Under the pieces are notes generated by a model. That model did not search any database and was not told the origin of the DNA. It was given only the letters and a program-made list of their open reading frames with translations. The position numbers and the translations under genes were made by a program. A DNA stretch of 64,000 nucleotides from an uncultured delta proteobacterium. Its GTDB lineage: Bacteria > Desulfobacterota > Binatia > DP-6. Below, in pieces: positions 48,190 through 58,364 of the stretch (within the stretch, counting starts at the first letter, position 1; every line of letters starts with the position of its first letter). The DNA lies in assembly GCA_963815115.1 (NCBI GenBank), contig CAWFFN010000009.1, positions 1,504,001-1,568,000 of the forward strand, written 5' to 3'.

Positions 48190-49461
48190 TCACGCGCGCG
48201 CGACGTCGAGTGACGCGGCCAGCAGGGCAGGTCGCGCGACCACCCCCACCAGCTTGCCCTCCGCATCGACGACCGGAAGCTGCTTGAGACGGCGCGCGGT
48301 CGTCAGCGTCAGGGCCTCGATGACCGGCGCCGTGTCGCGCACGGTGACGACGGGCGAGGTCATCACGTCGGCGGCGCGCTGACCGTGGCTGCGCCGGAGC
48401 TGCCGCTCCGCCTCGGCGCTCCAGCGGCTGCGCAGCCAGGTGAGGAGCCCCGGGCGCTCGGCGGGACTGACCCGGCCGAGCAGGTCGGCGCCGGTCACGA
48501 TGCCGATCGGACGGCCTTCGGCGTCGACCACGACCACCTCCTCGCTCTCGGACGACACGAGCGCGCCGACGACTTCCGCGAGCGGCGTGGTGCCGGGCAG
48601 CGCCGGCACGTCGCGCTCCATGATCTCGGCCGTCGTGCGGTGCTCCTGGGGCAGGTGAATGCCGTGCGGCGCCGTGCGACGCGCCCAGCCCGTGGCGATG
48701 CTCGACAGGATGTCGGAGCGCCCGAGGACGCCGACCAGGCGGCCGGCGTCGTCGACCACCGGCAGGCGCTTCAGGCGGCGCTCGTGCATCAGCTGCGCCG
48801 CCTCCCGGACCCGGGCGCTGACCAGGATCGTCACGGGAGGCGACGTCATCACCTGCGCGACCGTCGCGCCGCCGGTCTTCACCCGCTGGAGCAGATCCTC
48901 CACGGCTTCCGGCCCCGCGCCGCGGTGGAGCGGCAGCGCTCCCGCGACGAGGTCGCGGTCGAGCAGATCGCGGTCACCCACGACCCCGACGACGCGGCCC
49001 CCGGCATCGACCACCGGCAGCTCGTTGTAGTTGCGCGCGAGCAGCCGCTCGACGACCTCGACGGCGGGCATCTCGGGGGTCACCGATTCGGGCGTCGTGC
49101 ACATGAGATCGCCGACGGCGGCATCGGGAAGGCCTCCGGTGAACGCCGACGAATAGAAATGGACGTCGGTATCCTCGACGGTGACGACGCCGGCCACGAG
49201 CATGGCGGCCACCTCGGTGGCGAGACGCTGGATGCGCTCGGGGCGGTCGATGACCGTGATGACGATCGGCAGGTCCAGGGAGAGATCGAGCAGCCGCGCC
49301 GTCTTCAAGTGCGCCTGCGCGCCGAATCCCGCGATGCCTCGCGTGACCGTCGCGCCCGCGCAACCTTCGGACCGGAGCTTCTCGAGGATCGCCAGGTAGA
49401 GCGGTCCGTGGCGCCACTGGTCGGCCTCGCCGACGAAGACCGTCATCCGCTTGCCGTGCAT
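48190..49461 (-). CDS. DUF190 (PII-like) domain fused to four CBS domains
   Basis: VFVGEADQW..PLY..GCAGATVTRGIAGFG..LSLDLP; repeated LPVVD..G.LVG CBS motifs. Confidence 0.88.
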   Translation of the reverse strand: MHGKRMTVFVGEADQWRHGPLYLAILEKLRSEGCAGATVTRGIAGFGAQAHLKTARLLDLSLDLPIVITVIDRPERIQRLATEVAAMLVAGVVTVEDTDVHFYSSAFTGGLPDAAVGDLMCTTPESVTPEMPAVEVVERLLARNYNELPVVDAGGRVVGVVGDRDLLDRDLVAGALPLHRGAGPEAVEDLLQRVKTGGATVAQVMTSPPVTILVSARVREAAQLMHERRLKRLPVVDDAGRLVGVLGRSDILSSIATGWARRTAPHGIHLPQEHRTTAEIMERDVPALPGTTPLAEVVGALVSSESEEVVVVDAEGRPIGIVTGADLLGRVSPAERPGLLTWLRSRWSAEAERQLRRSHGQRAADVMTSPVVTVRDTAPVIEALTLTTARRLKQLPVVDAEGKLVGVVARPALLAASLDVARA

Positions 49462-49557
49462 CGCGACCGCCTCGACGCTCGCAGCCGTGTCCCGACCTTG
49501 GCAAGCGTCGCCCCGACGTGCAATAGGGGACGCGTTTGAGGGAAGGGGGTTGAGGGT

Positions 49558-51048
49558 ATGCGCGTCCTGTTCGTTCACCCGAGCCCGCTGATCTTCTCCG
49601 AGATCTACCTGCGGCTGGAGCCGCTCGGGCTCGAGACCGTGGCGGCGGCAGCTCAGGCCGCCGGGCACGACGTCCGGCTGCTCGATCTGCAGGTGTCGCC
49701 GCCGCACGTCTACCGCGAGCTGCTCGCTCGCTGGAAGCCGGAGGCGATCGGATTTTCCCTCAACTACCTGGCGAACGTTCCGGAGGTGATCGACCTCAGC
49801 CGGGAAGCCAAGGCCGTCCTGCCGGACGTTCGCGTGTTCGTCGGTGGTCACAGCGCCTCCTTCGTCGCCGAGGATCTCCTGGGCCATGCGGAGGGAGCCA
49901 TCGACTGCGTCGTGCGCGGCGAGGGCGAGGGCGTGACGCCAGACGTGCTGGAGGCGCTGGCGGGCGGTCCGGATCTGAAGACGCTGCCCGGGGTGGTCAC
50001 CGCGACCGGCTCGGGTCCGCCTCCGCTGCTGCTCCGCGACCTGGAGCGCTACCGGCCCGCGAGATCGCTCGCCGGAAAGCGCCACCGCTACTTCATCGGC
50101 GAGCTCGATCCGTGCGCCTCGGTCGAGTTCACCCGCGGCTGTCCCTGGGACTGCGCCTTCTGCAGCGCCTGGACGTTCTACGGCCGCAGCTACCGCAAAG
50201 CCTCGCCCGAAGCCGTCGCCGCGGACCTGGCGCGCATCCGCGAGCCGAACGTCTTCATCGTCGACGACGTCGCCTTCATCCGGCCCGAGCACGGCATGGC
50301 CATCGCCGACGCGGTCGAGCGCCGCGGCATCCGCAAGCGCTACTATCTGGAGACGCGCGCCGACGTGCTGCTGCGCAACCGGGAGGTGTTCGAACGCTGG
50401 GTGAAGCTCGGCCTGCGCTACATGTTCCTCGGCATCGAGGCCATCGACGAAGAGGGACTGCGCCTCCATCGCAAGCGCGTCGCGCTGGGCGAGAACGAGC
50501 GTGCGCTCGAGGTGGCGCGCGAGCTCGGCATCGTGGTGGCCGTCAACATCATCGCCGACCCCGACTGGGACGAGCGGCGCTTCGCGATCGTGCGCGACTG
50601 GGCGCTCGCCATCCCCGAGATCGTCAACATGACGGTCAACACGCCATACCCCGGCACGGAGACGTGGCACACCGAGTCGCGACGCTTCACCACCCGCGAC
50701 TACCGGCTCTTCGACGTCCAGCACGCCGTGCTGCCCACGCGCCTGCCGCTGCCGCAGTTCTACGGCGAGTTCGCCAAGACCATCGACGTCCTCAACCGCA
50801 AGCATCTCGGCTGGCGCGCGGTCTACGACATCTTCGGCATCGTCGTGCGCCTGCTCGCACACGGGCAGACCAACTTCGTCCGCATGCTGTGGAAGTTCGG
50901 CGACGTCTACAACGTCGACCGGCTGGTGGGCGACCACCAGCGTCCCGTGCGCTACCCGTTGCGACTGCCCCAGGTGACGGCGCCCACGCGGCCGTCGCAC
51001 GACACGCTGTACGTGCATCACCCGACGGCGATCGCCGCCGGGCAGTGA
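49558..51048 (+). CDS. hpnR: Hopanoid C-3 methylase (B12-binding radical SAM)
   Basis: VHPSPL..YLRLEPLGLE, NYLANVPE, GGHSASF, RGCPWDCAFCSAWTFYGRSYR, YYLETR.DVLLRN, FDVQHAVLPT. Confidence 0.88.
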   Translation: MRVLFVHPSPLIFSEIYLRLEPLGLETVAAAAQAAGHDVRLLDLQVSPPHVYRELLARWKPEAIGFSLNYLANVPEVIDLSREAKAVLPDVRVFVGGHSASFVAEDLLGHAEGAIDCVVRGEGEGVTPDVLEALAGGPDLKTLPGVVTATGSGPPPLLLRDLERYRPARSLAGKRHRYFIGELDPCASVEFTRGCPWDCAFCSAWTFYGRSYRKASPEAVAADLARIREPNVFIVDDVAFIRPEHGMAIADAVERRGIRKRYYLETRADVLLRNREVFERWVKLGLRYMFLGIEAIDEEGLRLHRKRVALGENERALEVARELGIVVAVNIIADPDWDERRFAIVRDWALAIPEIVNMTVNTPYPGTETWHTESRRFTTRDYRLFDVQHAVLPTRLPLPQFYGEFAKTIDVLNRKHLGWRAVYDIFGIVVRLLAHGQTNFVRMLWKFGDVYNVDRLVGDHQRPVRYPLRLPQVTAPTRPSHDTLYVHHPTAIAAGQ

Positions 51049-51121
51049 CGCGCTCGCGGTCCGTGATGCAGGTGGCGTGCTCGTTGCACGCCCACCGGCC
51101 ATCGCCTTAGGAGCGGCGTGC

Positions 51122-52375
51122 GTGCTCGACACCGACTCGCTCGTGCTCCGTCTCGCCGTGGCCCTCGGCGCGGGACTTCTGATCGGACTCGAGCGGGAGC
51201 GCCGCAAGGGCACCGGGCGGTCGCGCGCCGCCGCCGGCGTCAGGACGTTCGCCCTGACCGCGCTGGCCGGAGCGCTCGGTCTGGAGATCGGCGGCGAACT
51301 CGTGCTGATGGCGGCCGCCGTTTTCGTTGCGCTCCTCACCGCGCTCGCTTACCAGCGCACCGCGAACGCCGATCCGGGCCTCACGACGGAGATGGCCCTT
51401 CTTGCGACACTGCTCCTGGGCGCGCTCGCGATGCGCGAGCCGGCAGTGGCGTCGGGGGCCGCGATCGTCGTCGCCATCCTCCTTGCCTCGCGCGACCGCC
51501 TGCATCGCTTCGTCCGGGGCACGCTCTCCGACCAGGAGGTGCACGACACTCTCCTGTTCGCCGCCGCGGCCCTCATCGTGCTTCCGCTGACGCCGGATCG
51601 GGCGGTCGGTCCATACGGCGCGTTCAATCCGCGCACGATCTGGCGGCTCGTCGTGCTGATCCTCGGCATCCAGGGCGCCGGGCACATCACCGTCCGTGCC
51701 CTGGGTGCGCGCTGGGGCCTTCCACTCGCGGGCTTCGCGTCCGGGTTCGTCTCCAGCTCGGCGACGATCGCGGCGTTCGGCGCGCGCGCGAGACGGGAGC
51801 GCGCGCTCATGGGCGCGGCCGTGGCCGGCGCGGTCCTCTCGACCCTCGCGACCGTCGTGCAGATGGTGTTGATTCTCTCGGCGGCGGCCCCCGGCGTCCT
51901 GAAGGCGACGGCGTGGCCCCTCGCCCTGGCGGGGATCGTCGCCGCCGGCTACGGCATCGCCTTCGCGATGCGTGGAGCGAGCCGCACGGCCGATCTCCCG
52001 GGCAAGCCCGGTCGCGCGTTCGACCTGCGAACGTCGCTCGCGTTCGCGGCAACGATCGCGGTGGTGCTCGGGGTGTCGGCGGTGTTGACCGACGTCCTGG
52101 GACAGAGCGGGCTCATCCTCGCGGCGGCGCTCGCCGGGTTCGCCGACGCGCACTCGCCCGGCATCTCGGTCGCCTCGCTCGCGAACGTCGGACGCATTCA
52201 GCCGGATGACGGCGTGCTGCCCATCCTCGCGGCGCTCACCACCAACACGATCACCAAGGTCGTCGTCGCCGTGAATTCCGGCGGCGCGCGCTTCGCCTGG
52301 CAGGTCATCCCGGGGTTGATCGCCGTCATCGTCGCGGCATGGGGCGGCCTGACGATCGCACACCTTCAGCGCTGA
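51122..52375 (+). CDS. MgtC/SapB family membrane protein with DUF4010
   Basis: GLLIGLERE, AGVRTFAL, GLTTE, GFVSSSAT, TNTITK. Confidence 0.88.
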   Translation: MLDTDSLVLRLAVALGAGLLIGLERERRKGTGRSRAAAGVRTFALTALAGALGLEIGGELVLMAAAVFVALLTALAYQRTANADPGLTTEMALLATLLLGALAMREPAVASGAAIVVAILLASRDRLHRFVRGTLSDQEVHDTLLFAAAALIVLPLTPDRAVGPYGAFNPRTIWRLVVLILGIQGAGHITVRALGARWGLPLAGFASGFVSSSATIAAFGARARRERALMGAAVAGAVLSTLATVVQMVLILSAAAPGVLKATAWPLALAGIVAAGYGIAFAMRGASRTADLPGKPGRAFDLRTSLAFAATIAVVLGVSAVLTDVLGQSGLILAAALAGFADAHSPGISVASLANVGRIQPDDGVLPILAALTTNTITKVVVAVNSGGARFAWQVIPGLIAVIVAAWGGLTIAHLQR

Positions 52376-52461
52376 GGGGCGTGTCGCCTACCGCCAGTTG
52401 ATCTGAGCAGCTGTCCGGCAATACCGTGTGCCCTCGCCAATCCTGCTTCGGGAGGACCCAG

Positions 52462-53607
52462 ATGACGACTACTGCCGGCACGGGACTGCTGCTGCGTTCC
52501 ACCGTGAAGAAGGAGAGCCTGCTCGAGCTGTCGCTCGCGGACGTGCCGATCCCCGAGCCGAAGCCCGACGAGGTCGTGGTGCGCGTCGAAGCGTCACCCA
52601 TCAATCCGTCCGATCTCGGGCTCTTGTTCGGCGGCGCGGACATGAGCACCGCGCAAGCCTCGGGCACGCCGGACCGACCGGTCGTGACGGCGACGATCGG
52701 ACCCGAGATGATGCGTGCCGCCGCCGCACGCATCGACCAGCCGATGTCCGTCGGCAACGAAGGCGCGGGCGTGGTGGTGGGCGCGGGATCGTCGCCTGCC
52801 GCGCAGGCCCTGCTCGGCAAGACCGTGGCCGTGATCGGCGGCGCGATGTACGCCCAGTACCGCACGATCAAGGCGGTCAACTGCCTGGTGCTGCCCGAGG
52901 GCACGACGCCCGCAGACGGCGCATCGTGTTTCGTCAATCCGCTGACGGCCATCGGCATGGTGGAGACCATGCGCCTCGAAGGCCACAAGGCGCTCGTGCA
53001 CACGGCGGCGGCATCGAACCTCGGTCAGATGCTGGTCAAGCTCTGCAACGAGGAAGGGATCGGCCTCGTCAACGTCGTGCGCAAGCCGGAGCAGCGGACG
53101 CTTCTGAGCTCGATCGGCGCAAAGCACGTCTGCAACATGACCGTGCCGACGTTCATGGACGATCTGACCAACGCCCTCGTCGAAACCGGCGCAACCATCG
53201 CCTTCGATGCGATCGGCGGCGGCAAGCAGGCCAGTCAGATACTGACCTGCATGGAACGCGCCGCCAACAGAACGGCCAAGGAATACAGCCGTTACGGGTC
53301 GACGACCCACAAGCAGGTCTACATCTACGGCGGACTCGATCGTGGACCGACGGAACTCAGTCGTGCCTTCGGCATGGCGTGGGGTCTCGGCGGCTGGCTC
53401 CTGACGTCGTTCCTGCAGAAGGTCGGGCCCGAGGCGGCACAGAAGCTGCGCGAGCGGGTGGCGCGCGAGATCAAGACGACCTTCGCGAGCAAGTACACCA
53501 AGGAAGTTTCGCTTGCCGAAGCGCTGCAGCTCGAGGAGATCGCGGTGTACGGCAAGCAGGCGACCGGCGAGAAATACCTCATCAACCCGAACAAGGGTCT
53601 CCGCTGA
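52462..53607 (+). CDS. MDR family oxidoreductase (quinone/enoyl reductase-like)
   Basis: EASPINPSDLG, GNEGAG, FVNPLTA, HTAAASNLGQM; GGAGG RBS. Confidence 0.9.
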   Translation: MTTTAGTGLLLRSTVKKESLLELSLADVPIPEPKPDEVVVRVEASPINPSDLGLLFGGADMSTAQASGTPDRPVVTATIGPEMMRAAAARIDQPMSVGNEGAGVVVGAGSSPAAQALLGKTVAVIGGAMYAQYRTIKAVNCLVLPEGTTPADGASCFVNPLTAIGMVETMRLEGHKALVHTAAASNLGQMLVKLCNEEGIGLVNVVRKPEQRTLLSSIGAKHVCNMTVPTFMDDLTNALVETGATIAFDAIGGGKQASQILTCMERAANRTAKEYSRYGSTTHKQVYIYGGLDRGPTELSRAFGMAWGLGGWLLTSFLQKVGPEAAQKLRERVAREIKTTFASKYTKEVSLAEALQLEEIAVYGKQATGEKYLINPNKGLR

Positions 53608-53769
53608 GATCGAGCGACGCGTCCAGCCGGGGCGTCGCGCCCATCAGGGGTACGCTCGCGGCGTTCGTGGACGAGATCGAGCTGAAGGCAGCTCGTCTCC
53701 TCACGGGAGCGTTTCTTCACCAGGGGTCGCTCTCGGCGCGGTGATGGCGGTGTCAGCAGGAGGCTCCCG

Positions 53770-54531
53770 CTACTGGCCGAGATGCGCCAGCGTGTAGCGG
53801 AGCGGAGTGCTGGAGACCCTGATCAGCCCCTGGAAGGGCTGGTTCATCTCCAGGATGATGAGAATCGCACCCGAGACGGACAGCGCCGAGACGCACAGGA
53901 CCGCGATCACCGTGACATTGCGGGGCGCAAAGAGGCCGAAGCTCGCGAAGAGTGCCGCGAGCCAGAAGACCAGGACCACGAGCAACGGGGTCTGGATGGC
54001 GGTGCCCGCCTGCTGCCCGAACATCAGCCAGCGGGTTTGCATCACGTTCCCGGCGATCTGCAGCGCGCGCGACTGGAGCCCGCGCTGGGCGTCGTTCTGC
54101 GGCGAGAGATCACGTATCCCGTCCTCGATTCCTTCCACCGCAGGCGTGGCCTCCGAGGTGTCGACCCTCGCCTCGGCGCCGTTCTCGGGCCAGGTTGCGG
54201 CGAGCTTGTAAGCGACCGCCCGCCGGACCTGATCGCGGATGCTCTTGGTCTCGGGTCCGTAGTGCGCCAGCGTCCTGTCGAGCAGGATGATGTTGGCGGC
54301 ACTCTGCTTGAGCTCGGCATCCTGGGTCTCGAACGCGCCCTTCGCCGAGCCGGTGAGCAACCCGAGGACCAGCGCCGCCATGGTCGCGATCAGGCCCATC
54401 CCCAGCTTCACGACGTCCTTCGACTCCTGACTGAGGTGATGCTCGGGCAAGATGGTCCGGAAGAACATCCCGAGCAGCGCTCCGCCGAAGATGCACACGA
54501 AGGCGATCCCCGCGATGGCCAGTGAGCTCAT
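53770..54531 (-). CDS. DUF4239/bestrophin-like membrane protein
   Basis: HLSQESKDVVKLGMGLIATMAALVLGLL, LDRTLAHYGPE, EMNQPFQGLIRVS. Confidence 0.82.
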   Translation of the reverse strand: MSSLAIAGIAFVCIFGGALLGMFFRTILPEHHLSQESKDVVKLGMGLIATMAALVLGLLTGSAKGAFETQDAELKQSAANIILLDRTLAHYGPETKSIRDQVRRAVAYKLAATWPENGAEARVDTSEATPAVEGIEDGIRDLSPQNDAQRGLQSRALQIAGNVMQTRWLMFGQQAGTAIQTPLLVVLVFWLAALFASFGLFAPRNVTVIAVLCVSALSVSGAILIILEMNQPFQGLIRVSSTPLRYTLAHLGQ

Positions 54532-54549
54532 GCTGTCTCCCCGCGACTG

Positions 54550-54810
54550 AAACTAGGCTGGTGCGGCGAGTGGCTTCCGCCGGGAACGTAGTAGACGAAG
54601 AACGGCTGGTCGGGCGCCGCGGCGCTGAGCTGCTTCATGTACTCGATCGCCTTCGTCCGCCATGTCGGTGGTGAGCTTGTATCCGGGCTTCCCCAGCCAG
54701 GGAAAGGTCTGGGTGTGATCAAGGAACAGATACGGCTCCCACCGTCGGTCTCACCGCCCATGAAGCCGTAGAAGCACTGGAAGCCCATCCCCGACGGCCA
54801 TTGGGGCGGG
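54550..54810 (-). pseudogene. Internal fragment of an arylsulfatase
   Basis: QWPSGMGF..FYGFMGGETD / WEPYLFLDHTQTFPWLGKPGYKLTTDMADE / AIEYM..PDQPFFVYYVPGGSHSPHQP, with two compensating frameshifts. Confidence 0.75.
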
Positions 54811-54845
54811 GTCCCCCGCCACCTTCGTGCCCGGCCGCGGCGGGC

Positions 54846-55634
54846 TCACGTGCGGCGAAGCACGACTTCCATCTGAGAGAAGGTGAAGACGTTGGCCCGG
54901 TCCGGCGACCCGTCGCCGACCTGGCGGTAGCGGTCGAGCACCTCGTTGATGAAGGCCCCATGGCGATGCGGCGGAAGCAGCCGTGTCCATTCGACGAACG
55001 TCGCTTCGCCGAAGTGGACGAACGCCTCGCGCGACGCGAAGTCCCACTCCTCCTGTTGCACGTCCAGGCGCTCGACGCGGAGGCCGCTGCCCTCGGCGAG
55101 CGCGCGGTATTCGTCCGGCGTGAGGTGGAGGTACGGCGGACGGTGGTCGGAGAAGTACGGCGCCCACGGAGGCGCGCGCCGGGTGTCCTCGATCACGTCC
55201 TCGAGCGACCTGCGCGCGCCTCGCGACACGAGACGCAGGTGGGTGCGTCCCGACGCCACGAGCGCCGCGCGAATACCGTGTAGCGCCGCGGCCTGATCGC
55301 GCACCCAGTGCAGGCAGTTGAACGACACGATCAGGTCGAATTGGTCCGCGAAGGATAGCTGCGCCGCGTCCGCGACCTGGAACGCCAGGTTCGGATGCGC
55401 CGCCGTCGGGAACGTCCGCGCAGCAAACGCGATCATCGCGTGCGATGCGTCGACCCCCGTCACCGAGCCGCGCGGCAGTCGCCGGGCGATCTCGGACGTC
55501 ACCCTGCCGTCGCCGCAGCCGAGGTCGAGGACGCGCTCGTCACCGTCGAGCCGCAAACCACGGAGGCTCTTCTCCGCCAGCCACTGCTGAAGCGCCGAGA
55601 CCCGGGTGTAGGCTTGCGCGTCCCACTCGGTCAC
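54846..55634 (-). CDS. Class I SAM methyltransferase (Tam-like)
   Basis: WDAQAY, VLDLGCGDG, FDLIVSFNCLHWV. Confidence 0.9.
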   Translation of the reverse strand: MTEWDAQAYTRVSALQQWLAEKSLRGLRLDGDERVLDLGCGDGRVTSEIARRLPRGSVTGVDASHAMIAFAARTFPTAAHPNLAFQVADAAQLSFADQFDLIVSFNCLHWVRDQAAALHGIRAALVASGRTHLRLVSRGARRSLEDVIEDTRRAPPWAPYFSDHRPPYLHLTPDEYRALAEGSGLRVERLDVQQEEWDFASREAFVHFGEATFVEWTRLLPPHRHGAFINEVLDRYRQVGDGSPDRANVFTFSQMEVVLRRT

Positions 55635-55849
55635 GGACTGCAGATATCCCCGCTCGCGCGTCCAAAGTAGTGGGCATCCGTGCGTTCGCGTCGGACTCGA
55701 TCAGCGCGAAGCCGTTCAGACCCGTGCACAGGACCACCGCTGCGGGGCCGCGGCGACCTCGACCACGGCGCGGGTCGGAGGGGTATACCTTCCCACACGT
55801 GCTTCTCGCAGCCGGAGCATGACGCCAACGTGAAGTCACGACGTGGCAC

Positions 55850-56952
55850 GCGAGCCGGGCAAGCGCTTGGCGCACCGCGGGCAGCGCGTCGCGCTGGTAG
55901 CGCGCCCATGCGGTCTCGGCCGTCGTCAGGCGGACATCGGCAAGGTGAACCTGTCGCACGATCTCCTGCCGGAGGCGGTCCGTTTCGGCCTCGGCGCCGA
56001 CTGCATTTGCCCGCAGGGCCGACTCGGTGCCTTGCTGCCGGTTCCAGAGCGGGAGCGGGACGGACAGCTCGGCGCCGGCGATCCGCTCGTCTCCGACCTC
56101 CTGCCGCACGAAGCCGCGCACGGTCACGTTCGGAATCTCGCCCTCGCGATGCACGAGATCGGCGGCGGACTCGAGGCGCCGGCGCTCCGCCGCGGCGCCG
56201 AGCACGTCCGGTCGAGCCGCGAGCGCCCGCTCGACCAGGACGGCGAGTGGGCGAGCTGGCATTGCAACGTCCGCGTCGACGTCCGTGACCGCCAGCTCGG
56301 CGACCTCCTCGATGCCCAGCGCCGCCCCCAGACGTGTGGCCGCGCGCACGCGCTCGGTCTGGGCGACGGCTCTCGCCTGCTCCCGTCGCGCCGCCTCGAC
56401 GGTGGCGAGGTCGACGTCGATCCCTGCGACGTCACCGGCGGCACGCCGCCGGCGGGCGGTGTCGAGCAGCCCGTTCGCCAGCGTCGCGGCGTCGTCGGCG
56501 AGGGCGCCCCGGCGATCGGCGGCGGCGAGGCCGAAGAATGCGCGACGGACTTCGCCGTCGACCGTTCGCTGCCTGTCGACGAGCAGCGACTTGGTGCGCG
56601 ACACGTCGTGATCCGCGGCGGCGATACGGATCTTGCGCTGCGCGCCGATCTCGACCTCCTGCTCGAGGGATATGCCGCGATCGACGAACAAAGCGCTCCC
56701 AACCGAATGCGCCGCGCCCTCGGCCCAGAGCACCGGGTTGGTCGGCCACAGCTCGGCCTGGCGGTGCCGGCCTTGCGCGGCCACGACGTCGGCTGCCGCC
56801 ATGTGCAGCGTGGGATTTCGTGCGTGCGCGAGCGCGAGGGCCCGGGCGAGGTCGACCACCAGCGCCCGTGCCGGCGCGGCGATGAGCAGCGTCGAGACGG
56901 CCAGGAGACACGAGCACGCCCGCGGCCGGGTGATCCCGGCTCTACCGTGCAT
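55850..56952 (-). pseudogene. TolC/CzcC-family outer-membrane efflux protein, 3'-truncated
   Basis: Signal peptide, LWPTNP, ALAARPD, LSVPLPLWNRQQG; TolC-like pattern stops near 55850 (ORF reads on to 55540); no MFP or RND gene follows. Confidence 0.7.
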
Positions 56953-56963
56953 CCGGGGCGAGG

Positions 56964-58364
56964 CTAGCTGACCCGCGATGACGTCAAGATGAAGGGCGCT
57001 TCAGACGATACCAGCGGCAGCAGTACGGTCGCGATCACACCGCCCTCGGGTTTCGCGATCAGTGTGACGCGGCCTCCGTGCCGGGACGCGATCTCCTGAA
57101 CGAGTGCCAGTCCGAGCCCGGAGCCGCCGGTGGCAGCTCCTTTGCGAAATCGTTCGAACACCTTGCTCAATTCGCCCGCTGCGATCCCCGGCCCGCAATC
57201 CTCGATCTCCAGGGCTGCCAGGCCGTCGCGGGTGCTCAGGACGATCTGGATCGGTGTGCCTTCGGGGGTGTGGCGAAACGCGTTGTCGACGAGATTCAGC
57301 ACGACCCGCTTGAGCAGGGAAGGGACGCCGCGCAGCGTAACGGGCGTCGGCGCAGCGTGTGTGAAGGCCCGGTGCTGCTCCTCTGCGATCGGTGCGAGGG
57401 ATTCGGCGACCTCGTGCACCAGCACGTCGAACCGGACCAGCTCCGTGTCGCGTGTGAGGCTCGGCGCGTCACTTTCGACCGCGCTGAGCGTGAGCAGATC
57501 CTCGCCGAGGCGTTGAAGCCGCTCGGTTTGCTCGAGAGCGTCCACCAGACCGGCACGGTGCTCCTCGAGCGTCGTCGCCCGGGCGATGGCGGCCTCGAGG
57601 TAGGCACGCAGAGCCGCCACCGGCGTTCGCAGCTCATGCGCGGCGTCGGCAGTGAAGCGCCTGAGGTGCGTCACCGCGGACTCGAGTCGTCCGAGCATGC
57701 GATTGAGCACGTCCACGACCCGATTGACCTCGCTGGTCGGCCGCGCAGCCAATCGCCGATCGAGGGAGCCGGCTTCGATGGTCTCGAGCTCGGTGGCGAG
57801 ACGGTTGAGGTCGAAGGTCGCGCGTGAGCTGACCGCCCACGCCAGGGCGGTGAGCAGCGCGATCAGGCCGAGCGCCGTGGTGCCGATCGCCGCCTTCGCC
57901 CGGCGACAGAGTGCGGCCTGGCTGCCCGCGCGAACGCCGAGAACCACCCATCCTCCGCTCGTCCCTGGCGTCCACGCCACGCGGTGCAGGCCGGGTCCCT
58001 CTCCCACCGTGAGCAGTTGGAGGCCGCTCAGCTGCTTCGGGCGCCGTCCGGCGACCAACGGGGGCACGGTCCGGAAGCTGGCGATCACGTTGTGGTCCGC
58101 CCCGACGACCCGGACGAACTTCCCGGGACCGAGATCCGGCTCCGCCCCGATCGTCCGTACCGCCTCCGCGAGCCGGCCAGCGGGCAGATCGACGAGCGCC
58201 GCGAGCGTCGTCGCCTCCTCGGCAAGGCCCGCATCCAGCGGTGCCCAGACGGCGTGCTCGACGAGCAGCGTGAGGGCCCAGGCGAAGGCGCCGACCGCCA
58301 GCGCAGCGACGCCGGAGAACACCAGGGTGAGGCGTCCCCGCAGGCTCCGCGGCAACACGCTCAC
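56964..58364 (-). CDS. Sensor histidine kinase (CusS/CzcS-like)
   Basis: Two TMs, HAMP, FTADAAHELRTP, NLVDNA, GSGLGL. Confidence 0.93.
   Translation of the reverse strand: MSVLPRSLRGRLTLVFSGVAALAVGAFAWALTLLVEHAVWAPLDAGLAEEATTLAALVDLPAGRLAEAVRTIGAEPDLGPGKFVRVVGADHNVIASFRTVPPLVAGRRPKQLSGLQLLTVGEGPGLHRVAWTPGTSGGWVVLGVRAGSQAALCRRAKAAIGTTALGLIALLTALAWAVSSRATFDLNRLATELETIEAGSLDRRLAARPTSEVNRVVDVLNRMLGRLESAVTHLRRFTADAAHELRTPVAALRAYLEAAIARATTLEEHRAGLVDALEQTERLQRLGEDLLTLSAVESDAPSLTRDTELVRFDVLVHEVAESLAPIAEEQHRAFTHAAPTPVTLRGVPSLLKRVVLNLVDNAFRHTPEGTPIQIVLSTRDGLAALEIEDCGPGIAAGELSKVFERFRKGAATGGSGLGLALVQEIASRHGGRVTLIAKPEGGVIATVLLPLVSSEAPFILTSSRVS

Noticed and set aside
55635-55850. Alpha/beta hydrolase remnant (GKVYP..PAAVVLCTG) after the TolC break
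   Set aside because: Similarity too short and frame-broken to support without a search.
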